64,000 bases of DNA from Plasmodiophora brassicae (Eukaryota), in the NCBI GenBank assembly GCA_036867785.1, contig CP145411.1:744001-808000 (forward strand). Direction: 5' to 3'. This document shows, piece after piece, positions 13,201-25,971 of the stretch. The translations under genes were made by a program, and so were the position numbers. The notes under the pieces were generated by a model. The model did not search any database. It saw only the letters and a list, made by a program, of their open reading frames with translations, and was not told the origin of the DNA. Within the stretch, counting starts at the first letter, position 1; every line of letters begins with the position of its first letter.

Positions 13201-14579
13201 CAACAACTTTAGTGTTCCTGGAGCGGTGCTTGATTCCTCGTGTTCTGTCGTCTGCACCAGACGCTTTGTATGCGGCTCGGTTCGTGCGACTTATGCATGA
13301 CCTCTCAACGCCGGGCTTCTCGACGATCAAATTTTACAATGAGGTCGTCCGCCTGCTACCTGCACTGCTGTCGTCTTGCACCGCACATGAGGCATCAAGG
13401 CTTGGGCGGTTCGTGCGAGAGTTGCTCGAGTACCTGACCGAGTGGGGCCGGTCCGTCGCGGAATCGGGTGAGGTGCACATGCCGTCTCTGCACGGGTGGT
13501 CCACAGACCTGACCACGGTCCAAATGGAGAATGTCATCACCACCGACGTCTTCGGTCAGTTCGTTTCGAAGTGGCACGACCGCATCAGCAAGTCGCTTTC
13601 CAGGCTGTTCCGATCCAGTGACCAGGCCATTCAGCAGGCAGCGCTATTGTTCCTCGCCCAAATCACGGATCATTACCCCCGGCATGCCCAGCAAGGCCAG
13701 CGCCTGCTTGCTGCTGTATCGGCACTCGGCGAAGCCCACCCTGCCGGGTCGTCGATTCGTATCCTGTCGCAAGGTGTCCATGCTGGTCTGCAGCGCAGGC
13801 AGTCCGAATGGGCAGAAGCGGCTCCGACTGAGCCACCCGCCGCCGAGGCAATGGCTACGGATGCGACTCCTGCAGCAGCAGCAGCAGCCACGCCTTCTGC
13901 TGCTCCCGCCCCGGAATCAACCGCTGCTGAGGAACCTGTACGAACGTCGACAAGAAGGACGCCACGCGGGAAGAGTCCTCCAGAGCCAAGATCGAAGCCA
14001 CCGTCGAACGGGCCCTTTGAGGTGCCGGTCGCAGACGGGAGCGCCGGCAGTAAGCGAAGGCGGGTTGAGCGGAAAGAACCTGGCGGGTCGTCATCATCCC
14101 GTGGGCTGTCGGATCGTCTGGCTTCCGATCGTGGCACACTCGTGTCGGACCGTATGACTGATGGCGGCGGCCGGAAGCCCGAGTCATCATCTCGTGGAGG
14201 GTCGGGCGTAGACCGCATGCCGGACAGTCGTGCGGACCGGGAATCCAGCACCGGGCACTACGAGCGCGAACGTGGTGACTACGAGCGCGAACGTGGCGAC
14301 TACGATCGCGAACGTGGCGACTACGAGCGCGAACGCGGTGACTACGAGCGCGAACGTGGTGAGCGCATTGAACGCGACCGCAGCGACCGGGATCGCAGCG
14401 AACGCGGCGGCGGCTACTCAGACCGTGGAGGCGTCTCCGAACGCGACCGCATGTCCGACCGGGGCATGGGAGAATCATCCCGCATGGGTTCTGATCGCCT
14501 GGGCGACTCGACACGAGACCGGATGGTCGATTCAGGTCGCAGCCGACGCGACCGGGACACGCGCCGACGGAGACAGTAA
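10279..14579 (+). CDS. THOC2: THO complex subunit 2 (multi-exon)
   Basis: LYTQTKYNLLREETEGFSK, IQALIGAFDLDPNRVAD, FWSLSLYDISVP, FLERCLIPRVLSSAPDALYAARFV; R/D/E-rich tail. Confidence 0.92.
14257..14361 (+). repeat. Coding minisatellite, 5 x 21 nt (YERERGD) in the THOC2 tail
   Basis: Unit actacgagcgcgaacgtggtg repeated five times with few substitutions. Confidence 0.9.
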
Positions 14580-14923
14580 CGGCCAAACAATTCCTCAATA
14601 GACACATGCCGTTCATTCGCGTCACTTCCCCTCCTACATACATATGTCACAGCATAATATCCGCTGCCGCAACGACGAGTCGGGTCGGGTCATGCATCGC
14701 GCCGGGTCATGCATCGGGTGTTCGTGACGTGACCCGGCGGGAGAAACTGCGCCGTTTGCGACTGTCACGGTTTTTTGTCGTTGGGCGACTTGCCGACGAC
14801 GGATTTAGAATCCGGGTGGCGGTTGGAGACCGAGTCCGAAAGAAACCGCAGGGCGACACACACACGCACGCACCCGCACACAGAGGCGTCTAGCGCGTCG
14901 TTACCACTGGCGGCGTTTCTAGC

Positions 14924-15432
14924 ATGGCGGCCGCGACCTGTACACTGCGGCTGATGTGGGCCAACACCGAGGTCAAGCAGGTCATCGAGAACGTCAACGT
15001 CGACCTGTTCGTAGCGCACGTCCAGAAGATGATTGTGGATGGCTGGCCGAAAGGTCCGTCCTGGATGGGTGTTGCTGCTGCCGGGCGTTCGTTCATCGTG
15101 CTGATATGTCGCATGGCCCAGCAATCACCCCGGTTGCATCGCCGTGTGAGCTGTCGTTAATCTATTTCGGAAGGCGTCTTGATCCTGGGCAGACACTCCG
15201 ACGTACGTGACAGCGAAGACTCGTTCGGACCACTTTGATCCCCTAAATCGTGCGTCTCTGTAGAGCAAGGCCTTCAGCCGGGGACGACCTGCACCATCCT
15301 GGTTGGAAGACCGCCGCCAACGCCGAAAGGTCCAATGATATCGTATCCGCATTCCGTTAGTGCCATTGTGATGACGACGGGTACACAGGCAAGGACTCGT
15401 CCGACTCCTGCGACTGCTGCATCGTCATGTGA
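14924..15432 (+). CDS. UBL3: Membrane-anchored ubiquitin-fold protein (UBL3/MUB), spliced
   Basis: Ubiquitin-like motifs IVDGWPK and LIYFGRRLDPGQTL; last exon KDSSDSCDCCIVM* (CAAX with upstream Cys). Confidence 0.72.
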
Positions 15433-15552
15433 TGTCGATTGCGTGCCAACAGTGCCCCTGCCCGTATTATAGTCCTGTGAATATTTATTGCCCTGCACAG
15501 CCTGCCGGCCGCCGGGCAGAACGTTCCCATAATAATTACAGCACGCCCCCCT

Positions 15553-17343
15553 TCATTGTACACTTCCATTGTGTCGTCTCGTTGTGAATCGTCGGTGCAT
15601 CTTGACCGTCTTCTCCTTGATGACCTCAACGGGCACACCAAGCGATTCCGCAATGTCGAGCAGGTCCTCGTCGTCGATGTCGTTCATTGTCAGCGTCTCG
15701 ATAAAGTTGTACACTTTCGTCGCCAGGATTTTCGCCACTGCCGTACAGTCCTCCTCGTCGGCGGGACTCGTCGCACCCAGCGCCCATTCCAGCTCGTCGT
15801 TGACGCGAACGTTCGCCAGAGCAGGGTGCTGCGACAGCGCGTTCGCCGTCCACCTGTTGGCCGGATCCACCTCCAGGCAACATGCGACCAGATGCCTCAA
15901 CTCGGGTGGGAAATGGGCTGGCAGATCTGGGACCGGTCGCTGCGATATCTCCTGAATGATCCCAAAGAACCCTTCGTCGGCCGAGTATGGGTGCCGGCCC
16001 AGGGCCGCGTACGCGACGACCAGACCCGCAGACCAGATGTCAGCCGCTGGCCCATACGGTGCCCCTTCAAGTCTCTCTGGCGACATGTAGACCTGCGTCC
16101 CGATGAACCCGGTCAGGCATGATCGGGACGCGCGCAGCGTTTCGGCCAGGCCAAAGTCGGTCAGCTTGACGCGCCCCTTTCTCGAAACGAGGATGTTGCC
16201 GGGCTTGATGTCCCGATGCACGAGCCTGCAAAGATGTCACACAGCGGGGCCTCAGGAAAATGCAACGCCGCATAGCGAACCTTCTTTGGTGGATGTATTC
16301 CAGGCCGAAGAAGATCTGCTTGGCGAAGTGGGCGACGACATCAGGCGGCAATGGGCCGCATTCCTCGACGACCGACATCAGCGACCCCCGGTTCATATAT
16401 TCCAGGACGAGCATCGCCCGCCCGGCGTTGTAGTAGGCGCCATGGAACTTGACAATGTTCGGCCCTCTGCCTAACGACGCGAACGTCGTCAGCTCCTTGA
16501 CCAGCTGGTGCCGTTTCTCCTGCGAATGCACGTCCATCGACTTCAGGGCGTACATCCCGAACTTGTCGAGCCGGACGGCCTTCAGTACTGACGAGGACGC
16601 CCCTGACCGTGCGGCTCAGCGAGAACGCCCCGAACGCGACGACGCAACGTACCTCTGCCCGAGTCCCCGATCAGTTCGAAATCGGAAAAGCTGGTCTCCT
16701 CGTTCGCGATAATGCCCAGGTTGTCCAGCGGCTCCATCCTGTTGGTGACGGCGAACATGGACTTCTTATGGACGGGGACGTCCAGGTCCATCCGGGACGG
16801 CGCCGCAGCGTTCATCCCGTTGCGGCCGATGGTGAACCCCTGCGCTCGAAACGTCGACGACGTCAGCATGAACGAGTTCCGGGGGCTGGCGGCCATGGCG
16901 AACGATTGCAACTGGAGGTTGTGTCGCCCGGCAGGTCGATCGGACGCTGTTCCCGCCTCGATTTGAAACCCAACCTGCTGCACTGACGGGGCAGGTGGCG
17001 ACATCGCTGGCGACGAGGTGGCCGCCTGCTTGAAGTACGATATCGTGGGAGACATGGACTGGGACGATCCCACCGACGACATGGACGTCAAGGACGCCTT
17101 CTTGCCCCAGGGTCGTGACGACGTCACCGGGGACGTGTTGTTGCTTAACGACCGCGCGGTCCAGTCCACCGACGATCGCGACCGCGACGATAACGACGAC
17201 AGCGATCTGGGCGACGGGTCTGCCTCGTTCCTCACCGGCGAGGCAGCCGCTGGCCGGGGCGATGCCGCCACCTTGACGCGTATGACGATGCGAGGCGTCG
17301 CTGGCTGCGATGCCATCGGGGTCGCTGCGCGAACCGAATCCAT
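15553..17343 (-). CDS. MAP kinase kinase (STE7/MAP2K family) with Ser-rich N-terminus
   Basis: YALK, LEYMNRGSL, HRDIKPGNIL, DFG, FIGTQVYMSPERL, ADIWSAG; at least two introns. Confidence 0.88.
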
Positions 17344-17392
17344 GGGTGATCGCGTGCCAGCCTGCCGGTGACGTCATTGTCCATTGTTCACC

Positions 17393-19170
17393 ATGGCGGG
17401 CAACACTGTCCACGTACCGCAGACCGTCGCCGTCATCATCGTTGCCTACGGGTCCGTCTAGCGCTGCTACCCCGGTCGACCTGGGCGCTGAACATTCGTC
17501 AGGATCGGGTACGCCCAGGGAGGACTGATCTGGTTAGTTGTCCTGCTAGCGGCGTACGCCGCGAGTTTGCCACCAGGGCCCAGCAAACAGGCAGGCGGGG
17601 CAGCGAACGACAGGAGCGGGACGCCCGTATTGCCCCCTTTTGAGCCAAGCCACGCCCTGCGGCAGTTTGTCGCGGCAGTCTGGCCGGGGATTCGCTCCCG
17701 GGTGGAAACCGCGATGACGGCGACGTCCAGGGTGGACCAGTACCCGAGGGCGCTGGTCGGCCCGTTCCGCCTGGAAGCGCCGCCGACGATCGACGGACCG
17801 ACCAGCGTCCGAACGCACGGCTGGCGGACGTGGCGCGTCGACACAACCCATTTGTCAGTGTCTGCGCATGCGAAACTTCCGAAGCTGCAACGTCCGGTAA
17901 CGGGGGGCGTGCGCTGCGCAGAGTGATCGACGTCGACTGCTCGTACGACAGCAACGGCGGCCGGGTGACCTGGCCCATGTCCTGTGCCGGATTGGGCACC
18001 GTCCCGCTGTCGCTGTCAGGTATCACGGCGCGATTCACAGTAAGGCTCGTGCTGTTGCTGTCGGATGGGTCGGTGACAGCGACGCTGGCGGAACGCCCCG
18101 AGTACGATTTCAACGTGACCGTTGATTCGCACGCGTCGCTGGTGACCAGTGCCACGCTGTCCTCTGCCCTTCGTCATGCCCTGGACGATCTGGTCTTCTC
18201 CCGGTCCTGGACGCTGTTCCAAGGTTCTTCGGTCGTGGCGTCACCACCACCGGCAAAGGTGGCTGGCCACCTGTCGCTGTCGTGGCGTTCGCCGCTTCCT
18301 GTAGGCCTGCTCGCGCTCTGCCGCCTGGTTGGTACATCCCAGGTGTACACGCGCGAGGGCCCAGACGCCACTGCCGTTGAACTGCCAATCAGCGACCTGC
18401 ATGACAGCAACCTTGTTGATATCCGGGTCCTGCATGCGGCCGGCGATGTTGTCGGGCAGACACAGTTCGCGTTGGACCAGCTGCTGGACGACGGCAAGAA
18501 TGCCTCCCATGAAACCCTGATCGTACCGCTGACGTTGAAGTCGTCGACCCATCAACGCTCGTTGCACATTGACCTGCAATGGCGGCCGGGCCCTTCGAAG
18601 CCGGATCCGGCCCCGGTCGCATCATCAGCACGCCCTTCGTTTGCCGTGTGCTCGCCGTCTGAGATGGTGGCTGGTGGGAGGCCCCGGATGATGCAAATGA
18701 TTGTTCGTGTCAAAGCGGTATCGAATCTGGCCGTTCGCTCGTCAACGTACGTTGCCGTATCCGTTCGCCGATGGGGACAGGTAAGGGGGCAACGCTACCA
18801 ATGCCGTTCATTCCATAACGACGGTTCCAGGAACCCGTCGAGCGGACAACCCACGTTGTCGAACGAACCAAGAACCCCGTCTGGTAGGAGATGGTCGTTT
18901 CGTTGCGAGCATGGGCACTGATTCCGACTGACCAGGAACGAATCACTGGACATGGGAACCTGGGCGCAAACTGGGGCACCTCTCCTGGTGACGTTACGCG
19001 TCGTGGATAACCAACGAAAGGCCGTTCTGGAGTCGCTGGAGGTCGAGGTTGACCCCGACGAAGGAACAGACCCTGCGAACGATGGCCAGAGCCGCCTGCT
19101 GAAATACGATCGCGCACTCGGCGGCATGGCGAATATAACGTTCAGCGTGAGGATGCTCCTCGTGCCATAA
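17393..19170 (+). CDS. Extended-synaptotagmin-like protein (membrane hairpin, SMP-like, C2-like), spliced
   Basis: Spliced N-terminus VAVIIVAYG/IGYAQGGLIWLVVLLAAY; ALRQFVAAVWP (SMP start); C2-like strands MIVRVKAVSNL...STYVAV. Confidence 0.55.
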
Positions 19171-19223
19171 ATCTACATCACGTCACACACGCGCGCGCCT
19201 GCGCACCGAGATGCTCGATGGAT

Positions 19224-20080
19224 CTAGCTCATGCGATTTGTTTTCTGATATTGCTGTTGCTGTTGTGCTGGTACGGTTCTATCGTCACCATCGCCATCGG
19301 AATCCTCATAGTTGGCGCTGCTGTCCGACCCGAACGACGACCCTTCATCAGCGTCCGCGCTAGATGATGATGCAGGCGTTGCCCTGCAATCAAATGCCGT
19401 TAGAAGGTGTGACAGCAGTCGACAACGAGGAGACGGTAGCCGACGTCTGCAACGTATCGACGACACGAGTTGCAGGCGGCACATTGCTGTCCAGATCCAA
19501 GCTGACATCGACCATGTCGTTAACGTTGACAGGAGGGGGAGGCGGTGGAGATGCAGAGGCTTCTGATTCTGAAACTTGTGATTCGCGAGCCGGACTTGGA
19601 GGCGCTGATATCTGCCAACCATGACTAATGAGCCTCCAGCGGCAACCACGACACACGAAGGCTAACCTTATCGGGAACAACGGACGTTTCCGCCACCGGC
19701 ATCATGGGAGTCGTAATAACATCGTTCTCATCCTCGTCATCGTCATCCGCGATGGCGAATGATTGCTGGGCAGTTCTGTAGGAAAGCAACCCTCATTTAA
19801 CGACGTAGTGACCGGCACGGGATCATACACTGACGCCTTCTTGTTACGCTGAGGAATTCTCACGGGGAGCTCCGCCTCCCAGTCGGTGAGATCGTCGTCC
19901 AGGTCGACATCATGCATATCGATCCGCACGTTCCATACCTCGTCCTCATCGTGACTACCGAAACGACCGTCAGATCATGTGCGACCTCACTCGCGGTCCC
20001 GACAACGAGTCGCCTCCGTACTCGACGTTGCTGTACCGACGACTGCGCCTGGACTTGCACCAGGTCAGCACAGCGCCCAT
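19224..20080 (-). CDS. Hypothetical acidic low-complexity protein (spliced), possibly N-acylated
   Basis: Start MGAVLTWCK; D/E/S-rich minus ORF segments at 19702-19929 and 19224-19680. Confidence 0.4.
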
Positions 20081-20297
20081 CGGGAGCGCGCCCCAGTGCG
20101 GCAACTGGCAGTCGTCCCCTGGGCGATATGTCCCTGTCGGTCGATTCCAGTCAGACACTGCGACAGAGTGACCTTCGTTTCGAAAAAAACAAAAAAACTG
20201 ACAAAAAATCAGCAGCGCTTGAGGCGAAGTTTTGCGATTGGCGCTGTGCAACGGTGAAAGTGCTGCTGGGGGACAAGTGTGATTTTGAGGCGTCGTG

Positions 20298-21765
20298 ATG
20301 GCGGCGGCTGATGTGGCAATGACGGACAGCGATATCTTCGGCGACGACGCCGAGGTCGCCGCGCTCGAGCGCGAGATCGAGTCGAAATCGACGGAGCAGC
20401 TGGAGAGCCTGTCCCGCATGCTCGACACGAACATCCGGGTGATGTCCAGCGAGGTGACGCGGCTGACGCACGAGAAGAAAACGATGGATGCGAAAATTGC
20501 AGGTGACGTTTACTCCATAGCATCGGCTACTGTCTTTCCGTACTTATGAGTTGCCTTTCAGACAACCACGAGAAGATCAAGCTGAACAAGCAGCTGCCGT
20601 ACCTGGTTGCGAACATCGTCGAAGTCCTTGAACTTGACGAGGAGCTTGAGGAAGATGGCGCCGCGGTCGATTTGAATGCTGTTCGTAAAGGTAAATGTGT
20701 TGTCGTAAAGACTAGCACGCGGCAAACAGGTAACACGCTGTGCCGTTCGTGTTTGTGGATTTATAATTCGTCGAAAACAGTCTTCCTGCCCGTCGTCGGC
20801 CTGGTTGACCCGGCGCAGCTCAAACCTGGCGACCTTGTCGGCGTCAACAAGGACTCGTACCTGGTTCTCGACAAGCTGCCCACCGAATTTGATAGCCGGG
20901 TGAAGGCCATGGAGGTCGAGGAAAAGCCAACCGAGAACTACACAGATATCGGCGGGCTCGACAAGCAAATTGAGGTGCGCTAACAAGGCTGTAACGTTGT
21001 TGTTTGTTTGCACTCATGCTCTGTTCATAGGAATTGATTGAAGCGGTCGTTCTGCCTATGACCCATGCTGACAAGTTTAAATCTGTCGGTATTCAGCCGC
21101 CTAAAGGCGTCCTGCTGCATGGCCCGCCCGGCACCGGCAAGACGATGATCGCACGTGCTTGCGCTGCCCAAACACAATCGTGTTTCTTGAAGATCGCCGC
21201 CCCGCAGCTGGTGCAAATGTTTATCGGTGACGGCGCCAAGCTTGTTCGTGATGCGTTCGAGCTCGCCAGGGAGAAGGCGCCTGCCATCATTTTCATTGAC
21301 GAAATCGATGCCATTGGTACGAAACGTTTCGACAGCGACAAATCGGGAGATCGCGAAGTCCAGCGGACGATGCTTGAACTGCTGAACCAGCTCGACGGGT
21401 TCAGCAGCGACACGCGCATCAAGGTCATCGCATGCACCAACCGACCCGATATTCTGGATCCGGCCCTGCTGCGCTCCGGTCGTCTTGATCGCAAAATCGA
21501 ATTCCCGCTCCCCAACGAGCAAGGGCGAAAGCAGATCCTGGCGATCCATTGCCGCAAGATGAACATCAACAAGGAAGACGTGAACTTCAGCGAACTGGCC
21601 CGTTGCGCGGACGACTTCAATGGAGCACAACTGAAAGCCGTCTGTGTCGAGGCAGGCATGATTGCGCTTCGTCGAGGAGGAACCGAGCTGTGCCATGAGG
21701 ACTTCATGGAAGGCATCAACCAGGTGAAGGCGAAGAAGAAGACATCTCTCCTGTACTACGTCTGA
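20298..21765 (+). CDS. RPT5: 26S proteasome AAA ATPase subunit 6A
   Basis: [52 protein letters not shown]-terminal YYV (HbYX). Confidence 0.96.
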
Positions 21766-21834
21766 ATATATCGAAAGAGAGCGGCATTCCTCGTCGAGCT
21801 GTATTGAATCTCCATAGGATAAGTATATTTGCGA

Positions 21835-22655
21835 TCAGACTTTGTTGCCGAATACAGTGATCATGGCAAAGCAGGTATATAGCAGGAAGATAGGGTACGC
21901 AATCAGGTATCGCTGTTCCCTCATTTTGAAAATCATCTCAACGAATCGGACGGCGGCAACGGTGCACCAGAGGACGGCGGTTGTTGCTATGCCAAACCCA
22001 ACGGTGCCCGTCAGGTCGACCACGATCGACAGGGCGGACAGGAATACGATCGGCAGAAGACAGTACCCGAGAACCGACATGATTCGGTGGATATCGAGAT
22101 CGACATCCGACATGAGATTCAGGACAGTGTACATGCCGACGCAGCCGATGATACCGAACCCGTAGATATACCCGAAATACAGCTTACCCGCCTGGAGCAA
22201 ACCGCGTCGTTAGTGTTCCGACTAGCAGATGGGCGGTTCGTGCGTACAAGTAGAAGCAGCATCCCCAGTAAGATACAGTAAACCAGCGGTCCCGCCAGGT
22301 CACCTTCCTCCATGGACTTCTGATCGATCTTGGCAGGCATGAGGACGAACGTTGTCTTCATCCAGATCTGGCTGAAATCGATCCCAAGTTCTGCGCCACC
22401 AATTTCAGCATAACCATATCGCATGGACACGGCCCCGATCTATTAACCCTCGAGCAACGGCGGCTCTGTGAACTCATCATAATCGTCCGATCCGCCATAC
22501 GACTGGACGCCGGACGCCATCATCTGGCCGTCCATCGGCCCGGACGATTGCATACCCGTCCCCGAGTAGTACTGCAAACCGGACGTGTCCCGAGCGCCCG
22601 ACGACGACGGCGCCCGATGATGCACGGGGCGGCCACGCTCCGAGCTCGGCAACAT
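21835..22655 (-). CDS. YIP1: Yip1/YIPF5 family Golgi membrane protein (spliced; start approximate)
   Basis: EPPLLEE/LGIDF, DLAGPL, GKLYFGYIYG, SVLGYCLLPIV, QRYLIAYPIFLLY. Confidence 0.9.
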
Positions 22656-22960
22656 AACGGCAACCCGCCTCCTTCAACGTGCCGCGCCGCTCTCTCCGTG
22701 GTTCGCTGAAAATGGCATTTTAACGCCCAGCTCCAAACAGCGTTGCGTCCCCATTCGGCCATTCACCGCCCCCTGGCGAGTGCAACGAGGCAGCTCGTGG
22801 GCCATTCGACGGTCCACATATGCGATGAACGCCGACAAATCGTGAATCGCGGAAGGGTCCCATCATCGTCATCATCATCATTATCGATCTGTACGCACGA
22901 CTACGGCCATGTGCACTGCTCGTCGCTGTCATAGCAGTCACAGGGCAAAGGAGCCAAACG

Positions 22961-25801
22961 ATGGAGGACGCAGTTGTGGCGCCCGCGGAGGGTGCCAGCG
23001 GGAGTGATAACGACAGTGGCCTAGACCTAGTCTGGACGTTCGGGTATTCGTCCTGGATTCCATCGGCGGTCCACGATGTGTCCGCCGCGCGCCCGAATAC
23101 CCTGGTCCTGGCGAATGGCATCAATGCGGCGCTGTATAACTTTGTCACTGGCGAACAGTACTTGATGATGGGGCACTCCACCGGGATCGGCTCCCTCTGC
23201 GTCTCCAACGACCGGACCGTGATTGCCACAAGCGAGGCCAGTCCGCACGACGACGCTCTCGTCATCATCTGGGAGACATCGACAGGACTGCCGCTGTCGA
23301 CATTTCCGGAGCGGCGAGGTGTGACATCCATGGCGCTGTCCCCATCGGGCCGCCTCGCGGTCCTGCTCATCGACAACGGCCGCACCGTGCGCTTCTGGCG
23401 GTGGACAACGAACGCATCATGGGAGGTGTCCGTCGCCAGCGAATCCCCACAGTCGCACATCAAGTTCAACGACGGCAACGACGTCGACGTCGTCACAACT
23501 GGCCCGAAGTCGGTCACGTTCTGGACCGTGGCCAGCAATGGTGACCCGGCCGCAACCTACTACGAACGCCAGCTGGACACAGCGGCCAACGCCTCCAGAC
23601 CAGTCGGAGACATGACCGTGTCATCGTACAGTTTCCACAAGTAACACTGTGCCGCTGTGCTGTGCTGTAATCACCCTCGTTCCCGCTGACGACGATGCTT
23701 AGGGAGGAGGTCCTGTCAGGCACGACGACGGGGACCATCATCGTCTGGGGCCATCAGTTCGGGCAAACGCGTCGCCGCCAGCTTCGATGCGTGCCGATGG
23801 CATCGACATCATCGATCATAACGGTCGACACCATCAACGAGCTGATCGTCGTCGGCACACAGGACCAAGCGCTTCGCTTCCTGGATTTCCAGTTCCGGCT
23901 GATCTACTGGTTCGAGGACTTCAACTACGGCCCCATCAACTCCTTGTCGTTCGCGAACGTCCCACAGCCGACCCAGGCGACGCCTAAGCCGTCGTCGTCG
24001 TCGTCGTCTCCGAGTGTCGACATTCCCGAGTTCATATTCGGGACGACGACCGGGTCCATCGTGAAGATGACGTCCAAATCGATTGCGTCGGCGCCGAAAA
24101 CGGGGTCCGCTCGCGGGTTCCTTCTCGTCAAAGGGTTCGGTTGCCCGCTGGCGTGCCTGGCCGTTCACCCGGTCGAACCGGTCGTCGCGGTCGGCACGAC
24201 CAACTCGCAAGTGCACCTCGTCGACTACAAGGACAAGACGATCCAGCTGACGGAAAGCGTGCAGGCGCATGTCGCCGCGTTGGCGTTCGGTGTGCGCTCT
24301 GGGACAGTCTACCTGGCCGTGGCGCTCAGCAACGGCCAGGTGAGCATCATGACGCACGGGAGCGGCCGGCTGACGCCCTCGGCACAGTTCGAGTTCGGCG
24401 CAGGGCAGTCGATGCACACGCTGGCGTTCAGCAGGTCAGGGGACGCTCTGGCCCTGGGCAGCGGTGACGCCAAGCGGCACTGCGTGTACCTGTTCCGGAT
24501 TGGGACGGCCGCCGCCTGGGAATACATCGGACGCAGCCAGGCGCACGCCGACCGCATCCAGCAGGTGATTTTCGACCCCGAAGGCACCCGCCTCCTATCG
24601 CTGTCGAAGGATTGCCATTGCGCCGAGTTCGATCTGGGGGCCTCGGACAGCCCGCAGGCGGGTCTTCGTGTCCGGCATGTCAGCAAGATCTGTCAAGGGC
24701 CAGAGCACCCGGTGTCCATGGCGCTTCGTCCGGGCGAGCTGATCGTCACGACGGACGCCGGTGCGATACTGGTCTTCCGCCAGCGGCAGCCTGACGCCGA
24801 ATGGGTTCGCGTTCGCAAGGTTCGCGGGCCGTTCAACACGTTCGGGGCGGGTGATCGACCGTCGCCGGTGACGCTGATCGCGTCAGGCCCCGTCTGGGCG
24901 TACCATGCCCAAGGCCATTTCCTCGGTCTTCTGGACGACCCGATCGACCTTCACCGGCACACGGCAATCTGTGGGCACTCGTCAGCAATCGCTGCCGTTG
25001 CCGCTTCTCCCGACGGTCGCCTGCTGCTGTCTGCGGATGGTCTGCATCACAACGTGAACGTGTGGAACGTCAACCTGGCACGGTTCCGGGATACGCTGGC
25101 CAGGACAACAACGCGGGCGCTGTACACGCCCGAAGAGGCTGGCATCCTACGTGACTTCTTCTCGCATTGCATGATCGGCGAACAGCAACCTGGGCAGTAC
25201 GGCGGGGACCAGGCGACGATCGGACAGGTCCTGAGCGCGCGTCACTGCGTCCGGGTGTTCCGCGCCTTGGGCTACTATCCCAGCGAAGACGAGATCGGCC
25301 ATATCAAGCGCGAGCTATGCTGGGCGCGTAATGCGGATCAGGAGGTCCTGTCCAAAGACATATCCGACGACGACCTCAACTTTGACATCCCCATGGACGC
25401 GTTCGTCCGAAGTAAGGGGGTGATTGGTGTTCCTTGGTGCATGCGCATGGCTGAGCTGCGGTTGTCTGTAGTGCTAATGAATCACCGACCGCCGTTCGAT
25501 GACGTTTCTGCTGACGCTATCCAGGCAGCTGTTACTATGCTAACGGGTTCGACTGAAGAAGGCGAGGGAGCGGCCAACCTGTCGGCGCTAACATCGGCGC
25601 TCGCGGCCAACGGTAACAGGTGTCAGCGCTCCCACCGGGTAACCGTGATCTGAAACACGATGTCTAGGCGATCGGATGACGGAAGCAGAGTTCGCCGCCT
25701 GTCTGAACAGCATCAAGTCCCGAACTGTTCCGCTGCACACCGCCGACCAGTTCGTCGACGCCCTTCTCGACGAGAACCCTGGCGATTTCCAGCATTCCTG
25801 A
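22961..25801 (+). CDS. CFAP251: Cilia/flagella WD40 protein with calmodulin-like tail (WDR66)
   Basis: LVWTFGY start, WD repeats, WEYIGRSQAH, FRALGYYPSEDEI, NHRP, G-DRMTEAEFAACL. Confidence 0.75.
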
Positions 25802-25971
25802 AGCAGACCGCGCCATAAAAATGCACCTGGAATCCAGCACCGAACTGCGCCTCTACGTCATAGGATGTGTCATGACACGTTGCAGTCAACATGGATGGCG
25901 CGCGCAGAATGGGGCTGCCGAACAGGGGGAACTGCGTGGCGTCGGGCGTGTGCAGCTCGCAGTGTCTGCGA

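Noticed and set aside
14684-14718. Direct repeat cgggtcatgcatcg x2
   Set aside because: Short local duplication with no evidence of function
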